DNA of 64,000 nucleotides from Nitrosopumilus sp. (GTDB lineage: Archaea > Thermoproteota > Nitrososphaeria > Nitrososphaerales > Nitrosopumilaceae). Below are positions 39,715 through 50,025 of this stretch, one piece after another. Where the stretch lies: positions 704,001 through 768,000 of the forward strand of contig OZ245003.1 in NCBI GenBank assembly GCA_965223425.1, given 5' to 3'. Positions within the stretch are counted from its first letter, which is position 1; each line of letters begins with the position of its first letter. The translations under genes were made by a program, and so were the position numbers. The notes under the pieces are model-generated. The model was given only the letters and a program-made list of their open reading frames with translations, was not told the origin of the DNA and searched no databases.

Positions 39715-41159
39715 GGAATATTTAGATCCCCCCTAATTTCATCCACTGCCCTAATTCCGTAGATGTCTCTTATTTGCTGGATTCTTACGGCCTCTTTTAG
39801 CATGTCCCTTCCAATTGCATTGGTTAGAATTGAATAAACATCACCAAATCGGATTTCCCATTTGTCTGCACAGTCTAAAATTTTACTTACCGCCCACTGT
39901 CTTACTTCGTGAGGCAACGGAATTCTTTCACCGGACTCGATTGAAATTCTATCAAACAGGTTAACAATATCTGCAGTCTGCGCTGCCATCTTTTCAAGAT
40001 CTTTTGAATCTCCATATTTTGACTCTGCATTCATTCTGATGTTTGATTGATACTCTGAGAGCTTTAACAGAGCCATCATCTCTTTTGACGAATCACTTGA
40101 TGTCTTGTTAGTAACGTTTTTGACTGATTGTAACTCCTCAAATAATCTTTCAGATTTTTTATGAAATTCTGCAGTAGATGCATCCTGCCTTTTTATGATA
40201 TCTGAAACCGAAGCCATTTTTTCTTCAATTTTGCTTATTTTGCCTTCAAGTTCTTTGACTGATTCTGCGCTCAATCCTTCTACAGAACTGGCCTTTGATG
40301 CGATCGTGTCAAACTGTTGCTTGAGCCCATCAATTACCCCTCCCAACGAATCAATTTTTGATGCCTTGGATGATATGGCGTCAATTGTCACCTTGATTGC
40401 ATTTAATTCCGCGTTAAGGTTTGTCCCGTCCCAAGATGATCCCTCAACGATTCTTCCAAGTTCTTGTTTAAGACTTTCAATAATCTGAGATCCTGCCTCT
40501 AGTTTTCCCGTCTTTCCTGAAATCTCATCTATGCTGGTTTTTAGTCTGTCTATTTCAGAACCGACTTCTACCACCGAATCTGTCTTTCCAGAAACCTTCT
40601 TGAGCTCATCTCTTACTTCATCAATTCTTTGTGCAATTTTAATAATCATCTCCGAATTGTTTTTAATCGAGTGTACACTGTCTTCTACCTGTTTGGATAG
40701 CTCTGCAGATTTTGATGCCTTTTGTAACTCAGAAACTCTGTTAACTTCTTGCTGTAGTTTGTCAGTTTGACTGTTAATCTTATTTATCAGGTTAGATTGC
40801 GTTCTTACTTGATTTAACCCTGCATACAATTTTTGCGTGTCCTCTTCTATGATGTTGATCTGTTTTGATTGTTTTTGTATGTGCTCTAGTGTCGATGTTA
40901 GCGTATCTATCATCCCCTTCATTGATACTAGGACTTTTTGATTATCCCCAAAAATTCTTGACATTGCCTTGATCTCTTTTTGTAATGCCTTGTTGGAATC
41001 TGAAACTGATGCCACTTTCTTAAGCAATGCCGATGAGCTTGGCCCTCTGGCGGCTTTTTTTGTTCCCTTTGCTGCTTTCTTAAGCAATGCCGATGAGCTT
41101 GGCCCTCTGGCGGCTTTTTTTGTTCCCTTTGCTGCTTTCTTCTTGGTTTTAGCGGCCAT
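39711..41159 (-). CDS. Long coiled-coil protein with Lys/Ala-rich N-terminus
   Basis: 482-aa heptad-rich ORF; 20-aa N-terminal duplication. Confidence 0.75.
   Translation of the reverse strand: MAAKTKKKAAKGTKKAARGPSSSALLKKAAKGTKKAARGPSSSALLKKVASVSDSNKALQKEIKAMSRIFGDNQKVLVSMKGMIDTLTSTLEHIQKQSKQINIIEEDTQKLYAGLNQVRTQSNLINKINSQTDKLQQEVNRVSELQKASKSAELSKQVEDSVHSIKNNSEMIIKIAQRIDEVRDELKKVSGKTDSVVEVGSEIDRLKTSIDEISGKTGKLEAGSQIIESLKQELGRIVEGSSWDGTNLNAELNAIKVTIDAISSKASKIDSLGGVIDGLKQQFDTIASKASSVEGLSAESVKELEGKISKIEEKMASVSDIIKRQDASTAEFHKKSERLFEELQSVKNVTNKTSSDSSKEMMALLKLSEYQSNIRMNAESKYGDSKDLEKMAAQTADIVNLFDRISIESGERIPLPHEVRQWAVSKILDCADKWEIRFGDVYSILTNAIGRDMLKEAVRIQQIRDIYGIRAVDEIRGDLNIP
41015..41141. repeat. 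Perfect 60-bp in-frame tandem duplication
   Basis: ctttcttaagcaatgccgatgagcttggccc... repeated with a period of 60. Confidence 0.93.
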
Positions 41160-41220
41160 ACAAATCCAATTAAAAATTTAATAATAAAAAAGTTAGGTCT
41201 AAAATAAAAAATGTAAAGAG

Positions 41221-41328
41221 TTACTTGTTTACAACTTCAGGTTCATGAAGTAACTCATGAAAGGTCTTTTCGGCCAATCCATTTGCTGTCTCAATAAACC
41301 CTTTTGGACAGTATTCACATTGAATCAT
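41221..41328 (-). CDS. 35-aa C2H2 zinc-finger-like microprotein
   Basis: MIQCEYCPKGFIETANGLAEKTFHELLHEPEVVNK*; TATA-like tattaata 23-30 nt upstream; not in the ORF track. Confidence 0.65.
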   Translation of the reverse strand: MIQCEYCPKGFIETANGLAEKTFHELLHEPEVVNK

Positions 41329-41329
41329 G

Positions 41330-41352
41330 TAGTACGGTATGGTACCGTACTA
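41330..41352. promoter_or_regulatory. Palindromic operator-like site
   Basis: tagtacggta-tgg-taccgtacta, perfect 10-bp arms between the TATA-like box and the microprotein ATG. Confidence 0.55.
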
Positions 41353-41573
41353 TTAATACTCAGGTAATTACGACGTAACCAATTATGCAGTCAGATACCC
41401 CAGGGTCATATCTCTACATTTTATTCAGTTGACCTAATCATCACTCTGCACTTGGATTGTGGCTACTAAGCATAAAGAGGTTAAACATTGAGAATTCCTG
41501 AGCCTGTCTAACTGTTCAATATATTTGTGATTTTGTTTCTAAATTTTTGATGAGCAATCATTTTTAAACAATT

Positions 41574-42917
41574 TTGTTAAATGATAACATGCAAAACCTT
41601 CCCCTTCAATTAGATTCAAGTGGAATTCAAACCTCTCTTAACAATACTGTCAGTAGTTTGATAGAACAAATTACTCCTGAATTGCCTCACACAAGTTTCG
41701 TCACTGATTTGGCATTTATCATGATTATTGGTGCCGTTGTTACACTTGCATTTTTCAAAATAAAACAACCATTGATCATTGGCTATCTTTTTGCAGGAAT
41801 GCTAATTGGGCCACTATCTCCATTTTGGTCATGGGTTTTACCTGAAGGCGGCCCCCCTACTGACGTGCTTGAAGGTGTAGGAATTTTATCTGATATCTCT
41901 GCGTTGAATCTTTTTGCCGAAATTGGTGTTATTTTACTTCTTTTTGTAATTGGTATTGAATTCCCATATGCGAAAATCAAAAGTATTGGACGTGTAGCTG
42001 TTGGAGTTGGAACTATAGGCTTGCTTTCAACATTAGGTGTCATATTTTATACTGCCGGCGCACTTGGAATGAGCTTCATGGATTCGCTGTTTATTGCAGC
42101 TGCGTTGTCCATATCAAGTACAGCGATTATTGTCAAAATTTTAGAAGAGATGGGGAAAATCAAAAAAGAATCTTCAATACTTGTTTTGGGTATTTTGATT
42201 GTAGAGGACGTAATTGCTGTTATCTTAATTTCTACGTTACAATCTGTTGCATTAGTTGGAACTGTTTCAATAGAATCTATTATTGTGGTAGTAGTAGTTG
42301 CCATCGGTTTGATTGTTGGAACATTTACTGTTGGAACACGTGTAATCCCCCCATTGATTGATAGAGTTGCAACAGCAGAACATCGTGAAATTTTGTTACT
42401 TAGCCTACTAGGCGTCTGTTTTGGATATGCCCTGTTGGCAAACATTGTGGGATTGTCTGTTGCAATTGGAGCATTTCTTGCAGGTGTATTGGTTGCCGAA
42501 TCCAAATCAGCTGAAGTTGCAAAGCTGCTTTCAAGCCCAATTAAGGACATGTTTGTGGCCATATTTTTCATATCTGTAGGCGCATTGATGGATATCTCCC
42601 AACTTGAAAATTACATCTTTGTGGCTATCGCACTAATTGCAGTTGCCACTGGCATGAAGTTTGGAGGCAATATGATTGGAAATATAATATTTAGGCAAAG
42701 GCGTGGAAAGGCGCTTCGCTCTGCATTTACCTTAGCTGCACCTAGGGGCGAATTCTCCATTGTAATTGTAAAGGTGGGCGTCGATATAGGTGCCGTTAGC
42801 TCTTTCCTGTTCCCATTGATAGGTATTATCTCTATAATCACCGCATTTATTTCCCCATTTTTGATAAAAGCCGGTGATAAAATAATCCCGGCATTGGAAA
42901 AGAAAGAAAATGTCTGA
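41574..42917 (+). CDS. Cation:proton antiporter (CPA2/Kef-type)
   Basis: AEIGVILLLFVIGIE, SISSTAI, LIVED, GAFLAG and PRGEFS. Confidence 0.9.
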   Translation: MLNDNMQNLPLQLDSSGIQTSLNNTVSSLIEQITPELPHTSFVTDLAFIMIIGAVVTLAFFKIKQPLIIGYLFAGMLIGPLSPFWSWVLPEGGPPTDVLEGVGILSDISALNLFAEIGVILLLFVIGIEFPYAKIKSIGRVAVGVGTIGLLSTLGVIFYTAGALGMSFMDSLFIAAALSISSTAIIVKILEEMGKIKKESSILVLGILIVEDVIAVILISTLQSVALVGTVSIESIIVVVVVAIGLIVGTFTVGTRVIPPLIDRVATAEHREILLLSLLGVCFGYALLANIVGLSVAIGAFLAGVLVAESKSAEVAKLLSSPIKDMFVAIFFISVGALMDISQLENYIFVAIALIAVATGMKFGGNMIGNIIFRQRRGKALRSAFTLAAPRGEFSIVIVKVGVDIGAVSSFLFPLIGIISIITAFISPFLIKAGDKIIPALEKKENV

Positions 42918-43341
42918 TGAATTAAAGCAATTACTGGAACAAGCACATGACGGTGTCACCACTTTTGATTTTGATGGTAAAGAAACTCCCTGTATTGTTA
43001 TTGAAGAAAAGAAATATGATGAGATGCTCTCAAAAGTTTCCGGGCAATCATTATCAATTAGCACTGATCTAAATATTCTACAGGATGGATTAGGGAACGT
43101 TTTTGTTGAAATAGCTTTGACATTTTCGAAAGGCAATATCGTTGAAAAATTTTTAATCAATGCAAAAGATGACCTCATCTTTTTTGAAACCCTTGCAAAA
43201 ACATCAATGCTTGCACTCTCTTCCCCAAAATCTCATTATGGAAAGGATAATGTGTTTATGATTCAACTGCCTCGTCCCGAAAAAGCCCAAGACGCATTAG
43301 AAATTATTCAAAACGCATTGATACCAAAAAATCCAAAATAA
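42910..43341 (+). CDS. Hypothetical protein
   Basis: 143-aa ORF overlapping the antiporter stop. Confidence 0.7.
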   Translation: MSDELKQLLEQAHDGVTTFDFDGKETPCIVIEEKKYDEMLSKVSGQSLSISTDLNILQDGLGNVFVEIALTFSKGNIVEKFLINAKDDLIFFETLAKTSMLALSSPKSHYGKDNVFMIQLPRPEKAQDALEIIQNALIPKNPK

Positions 43342-43342
43342 A

Positions 43343-43419
43343 TGGTGCAGTTACCGGGATTTGAACCCGGGTCACTAACTTGGCAAGCTAGAATATTAAC
43401 CAAACTGTACTATAACTGC
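43343..43419 (-). tRNA. tRNA-Gly(GCC)
   Basis: Cloverleaf GCAGTTA...TAACTGC-ACCA, anticodon loop TT-GCC-AA, GGTTCAAATCC T-arm. Confidence 0.95.
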
Positions 43420-43620
43420 AACAATCCTAAAGGCTAAATTTGGATATTAAACTGTTTTTTAATCAGCATTTTTCATCATTTTATTTAACAAAACAAATAA
43501 TCCATTCTGATGAGAACAGCTACAGCATATGAGATAATCTCAATAACTCCAAAATCAAACATAAAAATCCCTGAAAAATTCCGACTGATGCTTATCTGAC
43601 GAGTCTGTTGGTAGTATAGG

Positions 43621-43836
43621 TTACAGCAATTTGATGAATTCTTTTTTTGTTAACCCACAATCAGAAGTTATCTGTAACAGTAAACCCCTGCCAAGTTCTT
43701 TTTTTCTAGGGACAGAAGCCCACAACCCAACACCATTTTCAATTATAATGTGGCTTCCAGTCTGCCTAACGGGATAAAAATTTCTTTTTCGCAATGCTTT
43801 GAGTATTTCCATATATCCTATAACAGGAAGGCTCAA
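43621..43836 (-). CDS. hicA: HicA-family toxin
   Basis: RQTGSH, VP and LGRGLLLQI. Confidence 0.8.
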   Translation of the reverse strand: MSLPVIGYMEILKALRKRNFYPVRQTGSHIIIENGVGLWASVPRKKELGRGLLLQITSDCGLTKKEFIKLL

Positions 43837-44051
43837 AGTGATACGGTGATTAATTTTGATGCTAAATCTTTCTTTTTATCCTCAAGATAAGATTTGCATA
43901 GAATGATTGCTTTTTTGGTATCTGCCACTGCTTCTTGTCTAGTATCACCTTGACCTCTGGCTTGAGGTATTTCCAAACAATAACCAACATAAAATTTCCC
44001 GTCTTTTTTGATTAGAATATTATAGTCTTCTTTTTTACTCATATTTTTCAT
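43833..44051 (-). CDS. hicB: HicB-family antitoxin (short)
   Basis: YVGYCLEIPQARGQGDTRQEAV; overlaps hicA. Confidence 0.8.
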   Translation of the reverse strand: MKNMSKKEDYNILIKKDGKFYVGYCLEIPQARGQGDTRQEAVADTKKAIILCKSYLEDKKKDLASKLITVSL

Positions 44052-44112
44052 ATGAATTTTAATTATATAAAATGGATCTAAAATTTGTATTGGGTTTCTC
44101 GCTGTCTAACTA

Positions 44113-44400
44113 TTGTATCATAACAACTATCTGGAGTGGAGATCCGGTTTCTTTCTTGGCACCGGCATCCCGTATCTGAGGAGATGCCACAGGGACGAAA
44201 AGAATCCAAGGCCCATGCAGGCTGCTGGCATACATCATGAGAAAGGAGGATCTCTCAATACGTCAGATAGCATCACCTACCAACCGCAGCTATTCGACGG
44301 TACGTGACTGGCTTGTGCGCGTAAGGAACGGCAGGCTCCACAGGAGGTACGACAACCACAACGGAGGACACCCGTACAGGCTGGACAGATCCCAGACAAG
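44113..44400 (+). pseudogene. IS630-family transposase N-terminal remnant
   Basis: Frameshifted RDEKNPR.../LSIRQIA...STVRDWLVR...GGHPYRLD, similar to the N-terminus of 54032-55141. Confidence 0.6.
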
Positions 44401-44656
44401 GATCACCACTAATGGAATTAAGCATCTAGAGAACAGAATTCCTAAATTTATTAAATTCTCTTTTCCAATTATTATTTCAATTACAGCACTTTTAATTTCA
44501 ATAATTGCAATTATCAAATAACATAGAAATACACAGTTTGAAAATTATCCAAAATAGCCCAACATCAAAATGTAAATTTAATTTGCAAAGATAGCATCTG
44601 ACTTGGAAGATGCTAATGCCACTAAAGCACTTTGGCGTGACATTTGCTGACGGATT

Positions 44657-44667
44657 GGGGGGGGGGG
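44657..44667 (+). repeat. G11 homopolymer in intergenic DNA
   Basis: ttgctgacggatt-G11-atggagggagg. Confidence 0.85.
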
Positions 44668-44899
44668 ATGGAGGGAGGGTAGATACAGCAGAAAGTTACC
44701 GTTTTATTGAACAAGGGCAATGCAAGGAAACTACAGTCTGGCTGCAATAAAAGATGTGCAAGTTTCAGAGATGGCAGAACGACACTGTCTGGTATCTGAG
44801 GAGAATGCAAGTATAGGCATGAAATACGCTTGCTCTGTTAAACAAAATGTAGAACATTGTGGCTTAAACTGTTTTTAACTATTTCAAACAACATCTAAT

Positions 44900-45163
44900 A
44901 TGGATGAAATTCTTCTAAAGAAGATAGAGCAAAAAATTCAAGACACGATTTCAAATAAAGATGAAATTAAACAATTAATCCAACTGCTCTCAAACCTTGA
45001 TGATTCAAAATCATTTGCTTTGGGCATTGTTGTGGGTAGGATTTACAATGCCTTTTACTATCAATCCAAACGCATACTTGGTCGAGAACCGACTGATAAA
45101 GAGTTTAACGAGTTTTTAGAGTTTATTAAAGACAAGAAATCTGATTTGGAAAACCTATGGTGA
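44900..45163 (+). CDS. Hypothetical protein
   Basis: 87-aa ORF with upstream TATA-like tttttaa; core codon style. Confidence 0.7.
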   Translation: MDEILLKKIEQKIQDTISNKDEIKQLIQLLSNLDDSKSFALGIVVGRIYNAFYYQSKRILGREPTDKEFNEFLEFIKDKKSDLENLW

Positions 45164-45664
45164 TAATTTATTCCAGTCAATAACCTTGATTGTCGGCGTG
45201 CCTGGTAATTTTACACATGCCCCTTTGAGTGCCTTCTTTGCGGCATTAAGGTGATCCTCCCCATTTACATACAACTCCATGATGCATTGGCCCTGTTTGA
45301 CCCTGGCACCCAAACTTGTGGCCTTGCCCCAAGCTCTTCTCATTCCTTCTGAAATTCTATCTGCACCGGCAGTTGCAATCTGTTTGTTCTCTCTTAGAAG
45401 ATTGTGCGGATAAATTCTGAGTCTTGAATAATAGCCTGTTTCACCAGCTGTTTTTTCCAGTGTTTTGTTTGCTGCCAACCTTGTTGATTCAATTGCCATA
45501 TGTCGAATCTGGATTTTTTCATTTAGACATAGTTGAACACAGTACTGATATGTTGATCTCTTACCGCCTTGGAATTTTGCAATTTTGATTTGTGGTTTTC
45601 CTTTGATGTACTCTTTTCTGGTAAAGACTTGCCCATTACCATCCCTATAATTGGCACCATGCAT
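45155..45664 (-). CDS. rpl10e: 50S ribosomal protein L10e/uL16
   Basis: YPHNLLRENK and GADRISEGMRRAWGK. Confidence 0.95.
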   Translation of the reverse strand: MHGANYRDGNGQVFTRKEYIKGKPQIKIAKFQGGKRSTYQYCVQLCLNEKIQIRHMAIESTRLAANKTLEKTAGETGYYSRLRIYPHNLLRENKQIATAGADRISEGMRRAWGKATSLGARVKQGQCIMELYVNGEDHLNAAKKALKGACVKLPGTPTIKVIDWNKLSP

Positions 45665-45760
45665 TATTCTCAAACAAAAATGCCCATATTTTAACGGTTA
45701 GCCATGACTTGCCCATACTTTCCAATGCTTATATGGAAATCCTTTGATTTTCTTTTCATC

Positions 45761-46327
45761 ATGGAAGACACTCTTTTGGTCAGGGGCACTATGATTTCGG
45801 GCCAGACTTGTATTTCTGATAAGGAGATGATCCATGAACTTGAACAAAAGGGCTATGGAGATCTTGAAAAGGAAAAACTGTTCCTAAAAGAGTTTGAAAC
45901 CCTTTACTTGCTTTACACTAAGAGACTGATTCTAAAGAAAGGACAGAAACAAACTGATTTTGACTCCTTCATGAATCTTTGTCAAAAAAATGATTCTGAG
46001 ATTCTTACTAAATTCTTGATATACCGTGATCTTCGAAATCGCGGATATGTTGTTAAAGACGGATTTGGATTCGGTTCGGATTTCAGGGTTTACGAAAGAG
46101 GCCACTTTGGTGAAAAAGGCGCAAAATTTTTAATTTTTGGGTTCAACGAAGGACAAAAGGAAAAAATGGGAAACCTTCAAAAAAAAATTGAAGAGATTAC
46201 TCATATGGGAAAAGAGCCAATAGTTGCAGTAATTGAACGACGTGGGGAAGTCATCTATTATAAAATCAACAAAATGAATTTCTATGAAAACAAATCTAGA
46301 CTGGAAGAAGAGTCATTTCAACTTTAA
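45761..46327 (+). CDS. endA: tRNA-intron endonuclease catalytic subunit
   Basis: YRDLRNRGYVVKDGFGFGSDFRVY; ATG at 45761. Confidence 0.9.
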   Translation: MEDTLLVRGTMISGQTCISDKEMIHELEQKGYGDLEKEKLFLKEFETLYLLYTKRLILKKGQKQTDFDSFMNLCQKNDSEILTKFLIYRDLRNRGYVVKDGFGFGSDFRVYERGHFGEKGAKFLIFGFNEGQKEKMGNLQKKIEEITHMGKEPIVAVIERRGEVIYYKINKMNFYENKSRLEEESFQL

Positions 46328-46983
46328 TCTTTCATTATCCATTCAGATGAATATTTTAAAAGATTATTTTGTTCTGCATAAATAAAATCATAAACTTCAA
46401 CCTGCTTTGTTTTATTTTCCCATAGCTCCTCGAAATCTTTTACTTTTCTTTCAACTCTGGATTTATCGTTCCATGATGTAAAGACATCCACTGATTCAAA
46501 ATCTCTTGTTTGAGCTGAAAACGACTCTTTAGACGTTCCTGTAAATGCTACTGTTTGGTCTTCACCATCTCTAAAAATTCCAATTCTTTCTGAAAACGTA
46601 TCCACAATTCGCTCTGAATTTGGGATTGCAATTTTTAATTCCACCTGTCCTTTATTTACAATGTTTTGAAGTTTTTGAATTTTAGTGTCTTTGATTAGTT
46701 TTCCTTCGAATGTTTTTGTATACTTTTCAGAAAAGAGTTTTGAAAACAGGGTCAAATCTGCAGTTCTAAATCTGTGACCTGTGATTATTCTTAGTTTTGC
46801 CTTTCCTGATGCAAAATTATCAAATGCGACCGAAAATGTGGATAACGTCTGAACTGACAAAAAATCAACACATCTATCATATTCTATACAATTGCTTAGG
46901 CACGGAAGAAAAAATTCTGCTACAATATCGTCTCTATCTGAACGATATTCTTCTTTGAGTTCAATTTCCCTTAAGCCCAACAA
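46324..46983 (-). CDS. PLD-like domain protein resembling the N-terminus of SF2 helicase fusions
   Basis: YRSDRDDIVAEFFLP, YDR, IGIF...VAFTGTS and FESVDVF; HKD motif degenerate. Confidence 0.65.
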   Translation of the reverse strand: MLGLREIELKEEYRSDRDDIVAEFFLPCLSNCIEYDRCVDFLSVQTLSTFSVAFDNFASGKAKLRIITGHRFRTADLTLFSKLFSEKYTKTFEGKLIKDTKIQKLQNIVNKGQVELKIAIPNSERIVDTFSERIGIFRDGEDQTVAFTGTSKESFSAQTRDFESVDVFTSWNDKSRVERKVKDFEELWENKTKQVEVYDFIYAEQNNLLKYSSEWIMKD

Positions 46984-47705
46984 TATTGAGCCATGATTTT
47001 GTTATTTAAAGAAACAATTTTGAATTTTGTTATAGTTGAAGTGCTCCCATCGGTAATAACGGCGTTGAGTTTCTTATCTCTGACTTGTCACATCGTGTAC
47101 GCTCAAAAAGCCGTTGTCCATATGCGGCGCAAACGTGTTCTTGAACGTCTGACTAGATGAATCTTGGAGGGTCATTCCTTTTTAACACCACTATGGTAGT
47201 TGTCCATGTCTTCGTTTATACTTTAATGCCTTCTCCAGTAGTTGGGATTGTACCGTTCCAGAACAGATCACCAATCACCCGGTAGGCGGTGGCCACCTTG
47301 CATCCCGTTTCAAATCGTTCCATTTATGCCATTCACTCCAATTCAAATTAATGATTGGTATTTTGATTATTTCTTCCACAAAAATATTCTAAAACTATCA
47401 GATAAAAAATTTAGGAAATTATCTTGAGCCAATAACGGTTCTTGCCATTAGACAACCAGCTAAACTCATGCAATCTTAGAATATCACTGATTTCTCGCCA
47501 GATGTGTTTATCAATTCAATCTCTAGGAGTTATTTTGACAGAGTCGCCAAAACAATAAAAAATGTTACACGCGTACCAAGTCTGAAAACCCATATTTTGT
47601 ATCAACGTATAGAGAAATGTGTAACCTTGAATGTAACACTCCTCCAAAATCAGTGAAAACTCTCTAAGATGGAAGAGTCCAAATCTAGGCAACACCCGCC
47701 TAGAT

Positions 47706-48141
47706 TCACACTGCATAATCTGTTAGCAATGTGTTTTTTCTTCTATTCTCCCTCTTTATCAACAAGATTTCCTCGTTACTAATGTTGAATCGTAGCATGT
47801 TGTTTCCCATGTTGTACGGTATCTCATTTCCGCCTGCAAGCACTACCAGCGTCGTCACATTCTCATCTGGGTGTAATTCCCAAAACAAAGGCAGGGGATC
47901 GTCCATAACCACGTACCCGTCTGGAGTTCTGCCTACTATGAGCAGGATGGACGGGGAGTCATCCACCAATTTGACCGAATACACGTTGGTGTCTGACTGT
48001 AACACGAAATCTCCGTAAAATTCTAAAATTTTAGGATCGATGTTGGTAACTGGATCACCACTGAAAGTCCACGACGAAGATAACTGACAGTCCGATACCG
48101 ATTATGATTGGTATTATGATTGATATAGTAACGTTGTTCAT
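47706..48141 (-). pseudogene. Frameshifted membrane-anchored protein
   Basis: Hydrophobic N-terminus from ATG 48141 that does not read through into ORF 47706-48005. Confidence 0.4.
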
Positions 48142-48352
48142 GTTCAATCAGATATCAATTTTAAAAATATAAAAAAATATGGTGGATTGTGCTTATGATG
48201 CCAGTAGTGCCAAACTACTTGCAGTGTGAGCGAGTCTGACATGTCTCAGTGTTTTAGTAAAAAATATCAAAAAGCAAAAAATAGTTTCAGGCCTACATAC
48301 AATTGCATTACGTGATAAGAACAAGAACACTCCCTTAGATTTTAGGGCGTAC

Positions 48353-48510
48353 TTGACATCAATCAAATCTGTAAAAATTCAGATAATTGCATATGTGACT
48401 GGAATCTCAGTATATGGATTGTCTAAGAAAAATCTGAATAACATGGTGGTTCCACTTCCTCCAATAGAAGAACAAACCAAGATTGCGTCAATCCTATCAG
48501 GAGTTAATGT
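48353..48510 (+). pseudogene. Type I restriction-modification HsdS fragment
   Basis: VPLPPIEEQTKIASILS conserved HsdS motif. Confidence 0.7.
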
Positions 48511-48590
48511 AATAAACACTGTATTGTTAGCCACAAAAACACGAATGGGATTAGCAATATTTTTAATACTTTTTGTTATTATTAATCAGT

Positions 48591-48797
48591 ATGAGCACTA
48601 CAGTCCAAAAGAGAACGTATGATGTAGTAATAACTAAAGACAGTGAAGTTGGAGGCTATGTTGGTGCATGCGAGGAACTACATGCATATTCTGAAGGAGA
48701 TACATTTGGCGAAATCATGGAAAACATGAAGGAGGCAATAGAGCTTGGAATCGAAGATGAGCCAATTGAATTCAACATGCTCATAATCCAAAAATAA
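48591..48797 (+). CDS. hicB: HicB-family antitoxin (short)
   Basis: GGYVGACEELHAYSEGDTFGEIMENMKEAIEL. Confidence 0.82.
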   Translation: MSTTVQKRTYDVVITKDSEVGGYVGACEELHAYSEGDTFGEIMENMKEAIELGIEDEPIEFNMLIIQK

Positions 48798-49033
48798 TGC
48801 CAAAAATACCAAGACCTCCTCGTAATGATCTGATACGATATCTGATCAGAAAGGGTTTCTCTACAAAAAGTCAAAACGGAAGTCATGTAAAACTAAAAAG
48901 ACAAAACACAACCCTGATCATTCCAGCAGGAAGCAAGAGAATTAGACCTGGACTGCTTTTGCAAATACTTGGAGCCGCAGAAATAGACAGAAACGAGTTT
49001 ATTCAGGATTACAACAATGGTCTAGTAAAATAA
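48797..49033 (+). CDS. hicA: HicA-family toxin
   Basis: GF...SQNGSHVKL...IP...GLLLQIL. Confidence 0.82.
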   Translation: MPKIPRPPRNDLIRYLIRKGFSTKSQNGSHVKLKRQNTTLIIPAGSKRIRPGLLLQILGAAEIDRNEFIQDYNNGLVK

Positions 49034-49093
49034 TATTGTCGCCAAGATAGGACCAGCCCGCATCTGGCAAAGTCAGATTATGATGTAGACATT

Positions 49094-49672
49094 ATGGGGC
49101 TGGGCATGGCCGCACTAAGAAAAAAGCCGCACTATGTTATTGTGGGGGAGGTAAGAGGCAAAGAAGCACAGCAGCTGTTTCAGATTGCACTGACTGGACA
49201 CGGATGCGTCTCCAGTGTCCATGCGCCAAGTGCACAGGATCTGCTGACCAGACTTGGAGGCGATGAGATTGGAATTACAAAAACCCAGCAGATGAGCATC
49301 AACTATCTGCTCAACATACAAAAGGTAAAGACGCAAGGCAAGATCAGCAGAAAGGCAACATCGCTAACTGAGATTATTCCAGGCGTGGATGGACCTCAGC
49401 TGTATGAGCTGTTCAGCTATGATCCAGAAAATGAATCCTTTGAGCCACGTGAGACTGATGATGTAATAAAAAACAGCAGGCGGCTAGAATACGCAACACG
49501 GTTCTTGGGAATATCTGACATAACACAAGACATGCAGAATCGCATCTCTTTGTTGGAACAATGTGTAAAGCAAAAGGCGTACAGAATCAAAGAGACATTT
49601 GAGATAATCTCAAAGTACTATGGTGTAGCTGATCCTTCAGACACAGTCTTTCCAGAAGTACCTCGAAAATAG
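49094..49672 (+). pseudogene. Type II/IV secretion ATPase (VirB11/FlaI-like) C-terminal fragment
   Basis: ALRKKPHYVIVGEVRGKEA...TGHG...SVHA; Walker A region absent. Confidence 0.75.
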
Positions 49673-49835
49673 TTCCTAAACACAGTCTTTCCAGAAGTAC
49701 CTCGAAAATAGTTCCTAAACAGTAACAGATCAATTAGGGCAGTCCCAGAAGGCCTTCATGCACCACCAAAAAGACCAACTGGGACGTGACATGCTTAACA
49801 ATCCACGCATATATCAAGATGTCCTAGAGACAGTA
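49644..49835 (+). mobile_element. ISH3-family left-end remnant with a 39-bp tandem duplication
   Basis: CAG end cagtctttccagaagtac duplicated (49641-49721), then MHHQKDQLGRDMLNNPRIYQDV, homologous to the 56149-56548 N-terminus. Confidence 0.65.
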
Positions 49836-49981
49836 GAGGCTGTGGAATTTGGTATCTCTTCAAGGAAGTGTTTGAGATTTTTTGCATAATTTCTTAATGT
49901 CTTATCATTTTTGATACCATCGAGAAATTTTTCATATGGATTGCCTCCTTCTGAGATGGTTCTTGAGTCAATTTCTAACAT
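49836..49981 (-). pseudogene. Tyrosine integrase N-terminal fragment
   Basis: NPYEKFLDGIKNDKTLRNYAKNLKHFL just downstream of the tRNA 3' end; truncated by the ISH3 remnant. Confidence 0.55.
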
Positions 49982-50025
49982 GTTATTTGTGCGTAAAGTA
50001 TCTATTTTAAGACTTTGAAGAGTAG

